Source: Amoebophrya sp. A120 (taxonomy: Eukaryota > Protista > Dinoflagellata). Taken from it: 64,000 nt of DNA. The notes beneath the pieces were generated by a model. The model had not been told where the DNA came from and did no database searches. It worked only from the letters and a program-made list of their open reading frames with translations. The stretch lies in the NCBI GenBank assembly GCA_905178155.1, contig CAJINV010000003.1, positions 3,608,370 through 3,672,369 on the forward strand. Reading direction: 5' to 3'. Of the stretch, positions 63,501-64,000 are shown piece after piece (the stretch's first letter is position 1; each line of letters starts with the position of its first letter). A program made the translations under genes and the position numbers.

Positions 63501-64000
63501 GCTGGAGACTGTTGCGCTACACTTGGAGAAGCCAGTGCTTTGGTCGAAGCTCCTGGGGTGCGTGATGAAGACTGAGCGGAGGGAGATGTTCCTTGTAGTG
63601 CCTTCGTACTTTTGCCTGCCACCCCGGCGTACAAGGTCTTTTCCGCCGGCAAGTCGCTGAAAACCTTAGTCTTCATCTGATATCCTTGAAACGCAGCAGC
63701 TGCTCCTGGCCCTGGTGCTACTGCGTGCTGCGCATGATCAGCGTAAGAATCGTTTCTGGCGTTCTTGTTTTTCTGCTGCCTGCTTGTACCCGCAGTTGCA
63801 CTACTACCGGCGCTTCCGTTCTCGTAACTGCGCGCGGGCCCGCCGTAAGCGGAAAGGTTTGCATTCTGCTGGCCGCGCTCGTGTTGCTGCGTCCCCGTGG
63901 TGGAATTCGAATTTTGGCGGTTGTACTGCAGCTGCACGTGAGTGCCGTCTCTCTGCTTCACGAAGACGGGCCCCTGTGTAGCCAAGGTGCGCAAGACGGG
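57583..64000 (-). CDS. Trf4/PAPD5-like non-canonical poly(A) polymerase, 5'-partial; exons >64000-63488, 63253-61004, 60699-60578, 60423-60127, 59882-59630, 59502-57583
   Basis: FGSLKSNLALYTADVDV (GS...DxD), ASMPVLKL...TDMVF, LVLMFAKYLLASHNLHDTFSGGCGSFLL and LSVLSPVNSKIDLGAKAF. Five GT-AG introns are all in phase. Confidence 0.85.

Noticed and set aside
46313-64000. Apparent clustering of RNA-metabolism genes (pelota, HIT-like, EngB, Trf4-like)
   Set aside because: They belong to different pathways and compartments and are interspersed with unrelated genes. Synteny cannot be assessed here.

Overview
Gene-dense eukaryotic nuclear DNA with spliceosomal introns. There is no sign of prokaryotic operons, CRISPR arrays, or rRNA/tRNA genes. 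Every host gene I could model lies on the minus strand. The only clear plus-strand coding sequence is the 3' end of a Ty1/copia LTR retrotransposon (1-2178). One-strand gene runs, long low-complexity proteins and inverted-repeat-bounded non-canonical introns suggest a syndinian dinoflagellate such as Amoebophrya (inference). Gene models spliced by hand: a two-cold-shock-domain protein, a ~2550 aa unknown protein, a SWEET transporter with giant loops, EME1, LETM1, a WW-repeat protein with a KKD/E tail that may be fused to an upstream RluA pseudouridine synthase, a single-chain BC-BCCP-MCC-beta carboxylase, an ING-like protein, pelota, a zinc-ribbon HIT-like protein, an EngB GTPase, a type II membrane protein and a Trf4/PAPD5-like polymerase. 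Most interesting: (1) the three-domain fusion forming a one-polypeptide 3-methylcrotonyl-CoA carboxylase; (2) two introner-like non-GT-AG introns sharing an ACnn|TAT...ATA|AC border; (3) an ING homologue whose PHD finger seems to have lost all its zinc ligands; (4) a GTAC/GTAT-biased donor consensus lacking +5G. All exon models are manual predictions with no transcript or database support.
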